A stretch of DNA of 64,000 nucleotides, from NCBI GenBank assembly GCA_965112155.1, contig OZ218104.1. One strand, 5' to 3'. Shown here piece by piece: positions 1-12,000 of the stretch. Position numbers and translations under genes: made by a program. The first letter of the stretch is position 1. Each line of letters begins with the position of its first letter. The stretch is from Podarcis liolepis. Its lineage: Eukaryota. Under the pieces are notes generated by a model. It saw only the letters and a program-made list of their open reading frames with translations. It made no database searches and was not told where the DNA came from.

Positions 1-69
1 CTTACGAAAGCCTTTTACATCCAAAATGTACTATTTTGGTATTGCTGCACTAGATAGATTTAAAAATAG
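1..69 (+). CDS. CNOT1: CNOT1 exon (5'-truncated)
   Basis: [22 protein letters not shown]; donor AG|gtgagt. Confidence 0.93.
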
Positions 70-3000
70 GTGAGTGTGTTTTTATAATATTTCCAAAATG
101 CATGGGGGAATCTCATAACTATATGCCTACTTCAGCAATATATTTAGCTTTCCAATACAAGGTTGACAGTATATTGCAGTTATTGAACATGTCTCACAGT
201 AGAGACATAAATTAAATAGAACCTTCGGCTAATAAAGGGAATGCAGATTTTAAAATAAATGAAAAGGAAGTAAATTACTTATAGTCTGAATCTGATGAAT
301 CTGAATAGAAATTGCCTTAAAATGGCTTTGAAAGTATCAGTTGGCGTATATATATATTAATATTGCTACTGGGGGGGGAAGGAGAAAGCAAATCAGTGTT
401 ACTGGAAGTGAAGCTGCCTTGTAGACTTACAAAGACTAGGAGCAATCCAGCTAAAGTCGAGCCCATTTTTGTCTCATTTGTATTAATGGGAGGAGCCTCT
501 TTCCCACTGAAATAACTTTGCCTGGATTGTACTTTATACGTTTGGGTCATGCAAGGTCACTCTCCCAAGATTCATTACGATGGAAAGCTTAACTTTCATC
601 CATTTTGCAAGGCAGTATTCATGGCCCTCTAGAAACAACTAGTGGGGGCCTCACTTACCAGATGCCAACATGTCAAAAGTGCTGGTAAGTAGCTACTTCT
701 TTGTTGCACAGTAGAAACCAGTATGAGTCCATTTCTCCTCTCCCCACAGCAGTGTGACCATTCCACATCCCAATAGTCAGTTTCCTCCCCTCTTCCTCTG
801 TGTACTCCATGCCACCCCTGTGAATCCTATGGCAAGCACTCTGTGATTCTGCACCCTTCTATCTGTTTCAGACAGTTTGCATATTGTTCCTTATCTCTGC
901 ATCTTTGGAGCAAGATACATAGCTTCATACCCCTGTGGGAAAACTTGTCATGTTCAGGATAATTTCTGAAACCATAACTACTACAAGTTTTTAATGAAAG
1001 CTTGAGATTCACAGAACTTTAGTACACCTTTGGAACATCAGTGCAACTTGGGGTTTTGTTTAATATCCCTACTGAGAGACTTTGTAATTTTTATCCATTA
1101 TTGCTCTGTACTGTTCTTCCTTTTGGTGCTGTATATTTGAATTGGTTTCTTGTTCAATAGAAATTTTCATTCAAAGAGCTGTCATAGTTTTACAGCTATC
1201 TAGCTGATAAAATGAGAGAGCATAAGGATTCCTATCTTTAATTCCTATCTTCCTATCTATCTAAGCAGACAGGTGTTCTAACAAACATATAGTTCTGAAA
1301 TTGAAGTTAGCCTTCAAGACTGAGATTTCTTGACTTATTTAGTTATCAAAACATTTTTAAGGCTGAATTTTGCAAATTGGATTCTGTACCTATATTAGCC
1401 TTAAATTGCAGAATGTTCTGCATTAAAAACTGTTTCTGCATTTAGAAAGTTGTGGGGAGAGCTGCAGAAGAAAGAAGGCCAACAGGGTAGGGAATTCTAG
1501 AGGTGGTTAGAGGGGAGCAACAACAAGCTCTGTATTTAGTAAAGAGGCATATGTCTGCCATATGTCACTTGAGAAGACTGCTGTGGTTCTTCCAAAGATG
1601 TTATTGGGAACTATGAGAGCTATATTGACAAATTGATTGGGTTTTTAGAAAAGGGTAGCTAATAGCACAATCTGTGGGGGTGGCCCATAAATGTGGATCT
1701 AAGTCTTATTGTTTGGTAGGTTGGCCCCTTATTCTTGGTGGAGAAAGCCACCAATAGTTCCTAGGTACCACGATGGCTATGTTCTGCCTCCATGTTTGGA
1801 GACATTGTGCCTCTGAATACAAGTTGCTGGGAACTGCATGTGGAGTGAGTGCTGTTGTGCTCAGGTATTGCTTGTGGGCTTCCCATGGGCATCTAGATGG
1901 TCACTATGAAAACAAGAGTTCTTGACTTGATGGGCCTTTGTCCTAATTCAGCAGGTTCTTCTTGTGTCCTTGTGCTTATGCCTTGGCAGCATACAGTTGG
2001 AATCACTGGCTGCATCAATAGCATTCATACTTTTGCTAACTAGCTTGCATCTGGTAGAACCAGAAATCTTCACTGCAGATCCAGTATCAGTTAAGCCAAA
2101 GATTTAACCATTAATGTATTGATCAGGCCATTTGTTTTCTCCTACTAATGGATAGTTTTACTGTTGACAGATTGAAGGACTATCCCCAGTATTGTCAGCA
2201 CTTGGCTTCCATTAGTCACTTTATACAGTTCCCTCATCACCTGCAGGAGGTGAGTGTTAAAGGCATGGACAGTGAGGGGTGGGGGAGGACATCTGAATTG
2301 AGTTAGGTGTATTTGCATATTGAAAAACCTCAGCATTCCATTAGTTTCATGCTTCAGGGTCCATTCAGTAGAAGGTACAAAAGGATCTGGAAAACTTGAG
2401 TGCGAGTAGCCCGTGCATCTGAGAGGAGAGAAACAGGTTAATCTTAATGCATGTCCGCTTTTCTGTAAACCTCCTTTCAAGGAGACCTGTAGCCCTTTGC
2501 CACTGGAAGTGTTCATTTGACAATTACATTAATCCTTGCCAAGCAGATTGTTATATGGTTGAGTTGTACATGGTCTTTCCTAGCAAATAAATCCATACCG
2601 CTAGGCACAGCAGTCTGTCTGCCCAGACCTTCTGAAAGCAAACAAAACCAGGGACAGTGGAATTAGGATTCTGAAGGTCTGATCCAAAGGCTGTAGTCCA
2701 AACACTAAAAGCAATGTTGGTTTAGGATCTCTACGTTAGTAACACACCAATCAGTGGGGATTTCTATATTTTATATGCAATATTGAATATTTACGTGTGA
2801 TTAATAACACTGAAAGTCTTACCAATTGTAGTTCTTACACCTTTGCTTCAGAAAAGACAGCATTAGTCTCTTAGTTGTAATATCGTGTGTCATCTGTGGA
2901 AATGGGCTTCATCAGTGGTTGCAGGAAATTTGTTGTCCTTATCTAGACTATAGGATTTGGAATATTTCTACCCCTGGATTACTTCACTGTTTACTACTTT

Positions 3001-6000
3001 TTGCTCTCATTGAAGTCTGCAAGGAAGGCTTACCCTCCCTTGCAGAAGCAGGGCACATCTTGGATCTAGTTCCTGCTACTTCTGCTCCCACAGAATGGGA
3101 GAAAGACGATGGAGTGGAAAATCCAGGGTTAACATTGGAATTGCTAATTGATCCAAGACAAAAAGGAAACTTATAAAATACGTAAAATGTCTTTTGTTGG
3201 TGATTTCAGGCCATTTATGGAGTTTCATTTGTGCCACAAACTTCAAGGCCAAGAGTTTGGGGAGTAGTTCTAGAAGGCAGTTGTAAGATTTGTTACATAC
3301 CTGTGGTTGTATGTTGAGTTTTAAGAGCTATATACTTCTTGTCTGTTATAGTACATTGAATATGGACAGCAGTCTAGAGATCCTCCTGTGAAGATGCAGG
3401 GGTCAATCACCACCCCTGGAAGTATTGCACTTGCCCAGGCCCAGGCCCAGGCCCAGGCTCAGGTTCCAGCAAAAACTCCTCTTGCTGGTCAAGTTAGCAC
3501 TATAGTCACCACCTCTACTACCACTACTACTGTGGCAAAGACTACAATCACTCCAGTGGGTCGAGTCAGCTTCAAGAAGGATGTGCCAGTAAGTACATGA
3601 GCCATTTTACGGGAGGAAGTAGAATGAGATTACGCATGCATCAGTTCTTAGGAGTAAAACAAGGAAGATAAACCCCATCTAATGTTCATAGCATACACAT
3701 ATCACATGCAAAACCTCTGCTACTTTAACCACAGTTACACTCTAATAAAAAGGATTTGTTTTTCTTGTATGCCTAGTCTGGATAATTACCTGGCTAGTTT
3801 TGTTTTTTCTGTTGTTTTGCTATTAAATATCAAGCAGTTGTTTCCTTCCCTGTGTTGGCGTTAGCTGCTTCTCCTGCTTTCTAGTCTCACTCTTAGTTCT
3901 TCCAAACTGTTTTCGATGGGCCAGTTTCAACTAAGGAATCCTGCTGGGTTTACATTTCTGGCTGTTGTTTCTTGTACCATGAATTTCTACTTTGCTTAAT
4001 GAAGTCATTTTTTTTCTTTCACTATTCTGTTGCCCATGTGAGCAAAAATCTTACTCCTCGTGTCTTATAGATTCCCAAGCTTAAGTTAACTCCTATCATT
4101 CACTAACACATAAACTAAATGTACACTCCTTTTTGCATGTATAACTGTTGTCTCCCTTTTGTAACTGTATTGTGAAATCCTGTTTATGCTATAGCATAAG
4201 TCCATGATGGTCTGTTGTATCATTAAATTAATCAACTCACTTCCTCAAATCATTTTTCTTGTTCTGCAGCCTTCTATTAATACAACCAACATTGACACCC
4301 TGTTAGTAGCCACAGATCAAACAGAGAGAATTGTTGAACCGCCTGAAAACGTGCAGGAAAAAATTGCTTTTATCTTCAACAACCTGTCGCAATCCAACAT
4401 GACTCAGAAGGCAAGTGTCGCACAACATTTTAATCCTGATAATTTATGTTCCTTGAGTGATTCTTATACATATAGAGAACTAACTAGAATTATGCCTATG
4501 TATGCATGCCAAAGGTTCTTTTATTTAGCAGCCTTCCAAAATTTTAGAATTGTAAACATAAAATAAATATAATGAGTTAACATATAATAAGTAAAATCTA
4601 AAATAATTTTGGGATAGTCTTTTGTGCCTTTGGTAGTCCTTTAGCTGTTCATATATTGGGAAAATGTGATCAGATTTGTCTACCAAAAGGTCAAAAACTT
4701 TAAACCTTATCTGCTGCCAGATTTCTGCAGGGACATTTTATCATCTGCAACTGATACTACTTAACGGAAAAGAGGCATTGCGTACATATTTGTTCTATCA
4801 GGTCTCTGTATTGCATAATTGGCTCTCCATATTCCTAATTGAACATAAAAAGTAATGTTGGGAGCCAGACTCTGCTTACCTTAATCATTTATTACTTGAT
4901 GTACGTTTCTTTTCATTTATGGCTTCCAAACCGTGGAAGAAGCCTAGCAAAATAATGCTTTGGCACTCCTTACAATGTTTTAATATATGCTATAAGCCGC
5001 CCTGAGTAGCTGGGGAAACCCAGCCAAATGGGTGGGATATAAATAATAAAATCATTATTATTAATCAAGAGAAGTATTATGCAAATCTATTTTATTTGCA
5101 TGATTTCTAGAGATCTCTGAATTCTGATTTTCTTGGCTTATAATATTTCTAGCTCAGAGTCCACATAACATTGTTCATGATGAGTTAGCAGGAGAGGAAG
5201 AAATAAATGGCTTTACAGCAGGAAATAAATGGTTAATTGAAGTAAGCAAATCAATTAGTAAGCTAGTTAGGTTCCAAGTCTTGGTAACTGAATGTTTTCA
5301 CTGGAATGAATGCTTGTGAGTATCACGAACATTATGTTTCATTGATCCATTTCCCTTTAACGTGTTTATGGAGCCAGGTTGAAGAACTGAAAGAAACAGT
5401 GAAAGAGGAGTTCATGCCTTGGGTTTCACAGTACCTTGTGATGAAGAGAGTTAGTATTGAGCCAAACTTCCACAGCCTTTATTCAAATTTCCTTGACACA
5501 CTTAAGAATCCAGAATTCAACAAAATGGTTCTCAATGAAACCTACAGAAATATCAAGGTGCGTGTTCCCAGTTGCTCTTTTTTGTGACATGAATGTTAAC
5601 TGAAAAATATTTGCTTTCAGGGAGGCACTGCAAAAGCAAAAAAAAAAAAAAAAAAAATTCTCCCATGTATACCACCACCTTCATAAGATTATGCTGCAGC
5701 TGCTGCAATAAAACAATGAACAGAGCTAGATGCTGCTATTTTGAAAACTAATTGTACTTGATCATCAAAGTAATGTGTTGGTGGACTACCTTGATTGCTG
5801 TTTCTGTGCTACAGATGGGCCCTGGAGCATTGTTTTCAGTTGTCCTTCAGGGACCCAAACAGTTAGCTCCCAAATAAGTAGTTTGCCTTTCTAGGAGAAG
5901 TGATCTCCTGAGCAAGATCACAGAGAGGAAAGTACTCCATATCATTTTGCTGTTTTCAGTTGGTTAAATTGATTTTTCTGCTTTTAGAGCTCATGTTTTG

Positions 6001-9000
6001 TTTTATTCTGTTTTTACCTTGTGTACTGCTTTGATGACTTTATGCCTTGAAGCAGTCTATAAACTAATTTAATAATAACATATACATGCTATATTATAAG
6101 CATTTTATCACATATGTTTTAATATATTTCTGAGATTGTTTATTTACTTTCCTTTTCTTTTCCTGCTTTATAGCTATAGGCTGTATTTGGTTGACCAATT
6201 AAAATTTGTTGTTTGAAATAACATTAGTCTAATTCTACAAGAAGATGGTTAATGCAGTTTCATGGATTTACCATGGTTTCCTGCTAACTAAGATTTCATC
6301 TCTCTGGAATATAAATCCTTCAGGTGCTACTCACATCAGATAAAGCTGCTGCCAACTTTTCAGACCGGTCCTTGCTGAAGAACCTAGGTCACTGGCTGGG
6401 GATGATCACACTGGCTAAAAACAAACCCATCTTGCACACGGTGAGACTGGGTGGAAGAGAAAAACATAAACTGGCTTTAAGGCTAGAAACTTTAGTGCAT
6501 GCTTAAATCAGCTCGGTTTTTGGTGCCTTTTTATAATGGGGGGGGGGGCTATGTAGAAAATTTAAAAAAGAAAGGAATCTGATTTGTGGGTGTGAGACTG
6601 CCCATTACTGGGTTTAATTTATACTCATTTTATTGTAGGACTTGGATGTGAAATCCTTACTGCTGGAGGCTTATGTTAAGGGACAGCAAGAACTTCTGTA
6701 TGTCGTGCCATTTGTTGCCAAAGTTTTGGAATCCAGTGTGAGAAGTGTGGTAAGTATTATGTCCTGTGACAAACAAGTAGACGGAATTGGTCCAAGACTC
6801 TTGGCAGCCTAAGCCAAAGCACAGGACAGTGCTCCTCACATTGAACAGAGATAAAACAACTGGACTTTCAGATGAATCTTAGTTTAGTACTGGGGACAGG
6901 GGTTTTGGTTTTTGCTACTCCTTGACTGGCAAGCATGGGCAGGGAAGTAGGTGGACAGAGGTGATGACACTTGCAGAATCTTGCATATATTTTGTGTCAT
7001 GTGTGTTAGTTCAAAGCAGAGGTGGGACCTTCTGGTTAGTGTTGATGATAGCTGGCAGCCATCGGCATCTGGAGGCCACTGGGTTCTCCTCCTTGGCTTA
7101 AAGTTTACAGCCTCGTGTTTCCATTGTTTTGCTAACACCATTTAAATGATGTTCTAGCCCCCTTTTTGAAACAGGACTGTTAACTTTATCATTCCACTCT
7201 TTTTGTAGGTTTTCCGGCCTCCAAATCCTTGGACCATGGCTATTATGAATGTACTAGCAGAGCTGCACCAGGAACATGACTTAAAAGTAAGTTTCAGTTT
7301 GCTGCTTTGAGCTCCTCAGCATTGGTTTGTTTTTGAACAACTTGTTACAATGCATCTGTTTGAAGATTTGAGCTTAGCTAGTGAGCCGTAGCCAGTTTAA
7401 TGAGAATAGACTTTCTCCAGAAAATTACGCATGTTCCAATGGTTTTCACCTCATTCAAAATATTTGCCTTGAAGCATGTAGCTCTTCAGAACTTGCCTTA
7501 AGATTTATATAGCAGGTATACATAACTAATAATTACATTATTAAACCTGAAATCATTAAATATTGTACAGCTGAATCTGAAGTTTGAAATTGAAGTGCTC
7601 TGCAAGAACCTTGCCCTTGACATCAGTGATCTGAAACCTGGGAACCTCCTAAAAGACAAAGATCGATTGAAAAGTTTGGATGAACAGCTGTCTGCTCCAA
7701 AGAAAGATGTAAAACAACCAGAAGAGCTTCCACCAATTACGACCACTAGTAAGTATCAAGGATGATTCATACAGTCATCCTTGTATCATACAAATATAGC
7801 CTGCACCTCACAGGGAAATTAGTAAGGAATCTTCTTTCTATTATCTGTTCTCTCTTAGTCTTAATATTATTAACACTACAATTGTTTTAGCAAACCTGGA
7901 GACAGGGAATTCAGTTTAGGCCTGGGTAGAGTAACCTTTCACAAGATACCCTCCCACGTCCTGGTAATAGGAATGCTACAGTAAATTCTAGTACTCATTC
8001 TACCTGAGCAGTTCACCTAATTCCAGATTGCTTTTCAAGTGACATCTCTGATATCAAAGATAATAGCATTGTCGGACTTATCAGCATGACTTTAGACCTG
8101 AGCAAACACTGTCATATTGGTTGCCAAAATTCTTTTGTTTCCTATAAAACAAGTTTGTAGTATTGAATCTATGTTAGGACATACTCTGAAAACTTTTCGC
8201 CTTTTTGCTCTTGTATTTTCTCAGCTGCTTCTACAACACCAGCTACCAGCACCACTTGCACAGCTACTGTTCCCCCACAACCACAGTACAGTTACCATGA
8301 CATCAATGTTTACTCCCTGGGAGGGCTAGCTCCACACATTACGCTCAATCCAACGGTAAGCTTTTAGACCTGGTCACTTTGAGAAGACTTCCACCTTTAG
8401 GTTGGAAGGGATAATTTTATGCTTTCTTTCAATGGTGTATAAAAAGTTGACATTGACTCTTGGTTGTTTTGCCTTCTCAGATTCCATTGTTCCAGGCCCA
8501 TCCACAGTTGAAGCAGTGTGTGCGCCAAGCCATAGAGCGTGCAGTCCAAGAACTTGTACATCCTGTTGTGGATCGGTCCATTAAAATTGCCATGACTACG
8601 TGTGAGCAGATAGTGAGAAAGGATTTTGCACTAGATTCAGAAGAGTCACGCATGCGTGTAGCGGCACATCACATGATGAGGAATTTGACTGCTGGTATGG
8701 CTATGATCACCTGTAGGGAGCCTTTGTTGATGAGCATAGCTACCAACCTGAAGAACAGCTTTGCCACTGCATTGCGGGTATGTGTGCAGTTTATAAGAGA
8801 CTTTTTTTTGAAGCAGAGTAAGTTAAACCCATGTTTTGTGGCATTGCATTCTAGCAAGATTTGTCAGTACTCTGTTTCTTTGCAGGTAGGAGTTAGTTTC
8901 ATGATGTATCTTAATGCCCTGCTCAGATTCAATAGTATAGAAAGGTGATGAGAATGCGGACTGAACTAGATTTGAAGTCAGATGTGTCTGCATTTAACCT

Positions 9001-12000
9001 ACACGTTTTTAAAATGCAAATAGGATTAAAAGAGATTTTTTTTGTCAGCTGGGAAGGAAAGGTTTCGTGCGCACACCTTTTGCCTTCTGCAGTCCTGATA
9101 ATTATTGCCTCCCCTCAGCAGCTGTTGTTTGCATCCTGATCTATGAATTGTGCGTTGAAGATTTCGGAAGACCACGTCTCATCCGTTACCATTTTCCATT
9201 GTTTGAAATTAATAACCCATTGTTAAATCCAGTCTCAAGTTGTCTTCTTTGTTGTTCTTTACCTTTGCTTTTCCAGTGACGTGCTGTGGAGAACTTCTGC
9301 TGTATTTTTTCCATGGGGGGGGGGGGCGGAATCCATTGTTCTCTAAAAGAACAGTGGATAGGGATATTGTCAGTGGATATTGTTTTTGCAGCTGGCTTGT
9401 TATTAAACTAACCATCGTTAGTGTTAAACCACAATTCCAGGTTCAGATGAAGCAGGAACCTGTGATCAACTAAAAAAGGAAGTGAAAACCTTTGCACTTC
9501 TTTTCAGCCATGCAAGAGGAGGGGAGGAGTGATGGGCAAGGGCATGGCTAGCAGGCTCATTCACATTTTGCTAAACTGTAGTTTAGACTTGTGGCCAATA
9601 AGTAGACTTTAGCATTTGCTTTAGTTCATCTGTGAAACAATTCTGCTTGACTTTCTGAACACTTGCTATGTGGCCCATGGTTGATGCAACAACAACTTCA
9701 AATAAAGGCTATGGAAGCAAGTGAAGTTTACAACAAACACACACAGCCTTGCAGCTGTAACTGCACTAGTTCTTCATGGAGTGAATCTTCTTGTGTTCAC
9801 TTTTCTTGGCATTATAACAGGCATGAGAATGCCCGTTTTGATATTGAGGCTGAATAAAACCTTGCAGCACTAAGGAGTGGTATGAGTAATGGCTTTACGA
9901 GAGTCTTGCCATTAGCAGATAAGAATTCTGTTGATTTGTCAGACAGCATTAATCAAGATCATTTTTCCTGATTTGTAGAAGAAACGAGAAGAAATAAGGG
10001 CAGCCTGTTACTGAAGGATCTTTTACTATAAGATCTTTTGCTGTGGTTTAGTAAAGCCATTAGTTCCAGTACATTGGTTTTTGCATTTGTGTATACTAAT
10101 GAGGGGAAATATCCCATTACTGCATTTAGAGGGCACCTATGATAAGTGAGTTCAGTCCTATGCCTGGAACTTAATTCAGAAAAAAGCACATACATAGAAT
10201 TGCACTAGAATTATGTAATGTGGGGCACATGCTAATTATTTGGCAGATTTTTTCCCTTTTGTTTATATGTAGATTTTGAATGAAGCATGTAATTTGCTTG
10301 ATGGTTTACTTTATGCTAACTCCATGCAAAGCGATGCCATATTTATGAACATCTGTAACTGACATTATGAGTATTTGCTCACTGTGGGCATAGTCCTTTT
10401 TTAATGGCTTGCTTTTTAAAATAGGCAGCCTCACCACAGCAGAGGGAGATGATGGAGCAGGCAGCAGCACAGTTAGCCCAAGATAACTGTGAGTTGGCAT
10501 GCTGTTTCATTCAGAAGACAGCCGTAGAAAAAGCAGGCCCTGAGATGGACAAGAGGCTGGCCACTGTAAGTATGTTGCAGAGTTTCAGTTAAAAGTTAAA
10601 TCATGTGATTACCAAGTCATTCATATTTTCTTCTTCTTTTTTTCCAGGAATTTGAGCTCAGAAAACATGCCAGGCAAGAGGGTCGTAGGTACTGTGATCC
10701 TGTAGTATTGACTTATCAGGCTGAACGGATGCCAGAACAGATCAGGTTGAAGGTGCGAAATTAAGAGAATTAAAAGAATGATCAATGCCACAATATCAGT
10801 TGGGAGGCCTTGTTGGAGTCTTCTACTTATCCAAATTTTCCTACTTTCTTTTAAGGTTGGTGGAGTGGACCCAAAGCAGCTAGCCGTTTATGAAGAATTT
10901 GCACGCAATGTTCCTGGTTTCTTACCAACCAATGACTCAACCCAACCCACAGGAATCCTAGCTCAGCCTATGAAGGTAGAAATCCAGTTGAGATGGTTGA
11001 AGTGATTCTGAGGTTAAAATAAACTACACTGTGACCATTTATTTTACAAGTTATTGGAGGCTTCCAGAAAATAGTGAGGTTGCTTATTGTTTGTGCTTCT
11101 TTTCAAAGCTATACAGTCTAATAGTATTATTTGAAAGTCAGAATGAAATACCACACAAAGAAATTTAGATTATAAACTCTGTGGGAGCTAATTACGTAAA
11201 CCAGTTCACTGATTACCCCTCCCCTTTTTTAATCCATGATGATTTATCAGACACTTAATACTTTGTTTCATTATAAACTGTTCACAATAAAATCTGCAGA
11301 TGATTTGCTTTTAGCTAAATGTTAAGTGTAAAAAGTACCAGCCAATATTGCTGGTGAAAGCAGTAATGGAATGAAAAAGTTATTGAGAAATCTGTCACGA
11401 TGAATGGTCAGAATTCTCATTCATTAGCATTCATATAACTAATAAAGTATTCTTGATTTCTTTTAAATCAGCAAGCCTGGGCAACAGATGATGTCGCGCA
11501 GATCTATGATAAATGTATGGCAGAACTGGAGCAGCACCTTCAGTCCGTTCCTCACACCCTGTCTATGAATCCACAGACTCAAGCCTTGCGAAGCCTTTTG
11601 GAGGCTGTTGTTGTGGCTCGTAATTCTCGTGATGCTATTGCAGCCCTTGGACTGCTACAGAAGGTTTGTGTATGAACTTGCTTCATTGTATATTTGTGAC
11701 TCCTGGGCCATGGAGAGAGGCTCACTTTATCCGAAGCTTTCTGCTGTAGAAACATGCACACAGTTACAGCATTAAACTACTTGAACTGAACACAGGATCA
11801 GAACAGTCAGGATTGAATACAGATTATTCTGGGAAAATACATACTATTTAAGAAAAGCTGCTTTCCAAGTGGTGAGGAAGGATCCTTCTATAGTGGATAT
11901 AGCGGTTCCTCCTGCCATCTGCTGTTTTTTGCTGTGTTTTCTGGGCTGTTGTGTAGGAGGCTTTAAAAACAGTTGCTTGGGAATGTCTGTCATTAGAAGC

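Noticed and set aside
8945-8990. C/D-box-like motifs (GTGATGA...CTGA) here and near 14907
   Set aside because: Spacing too short, with no terminal stem or recognisable guide.
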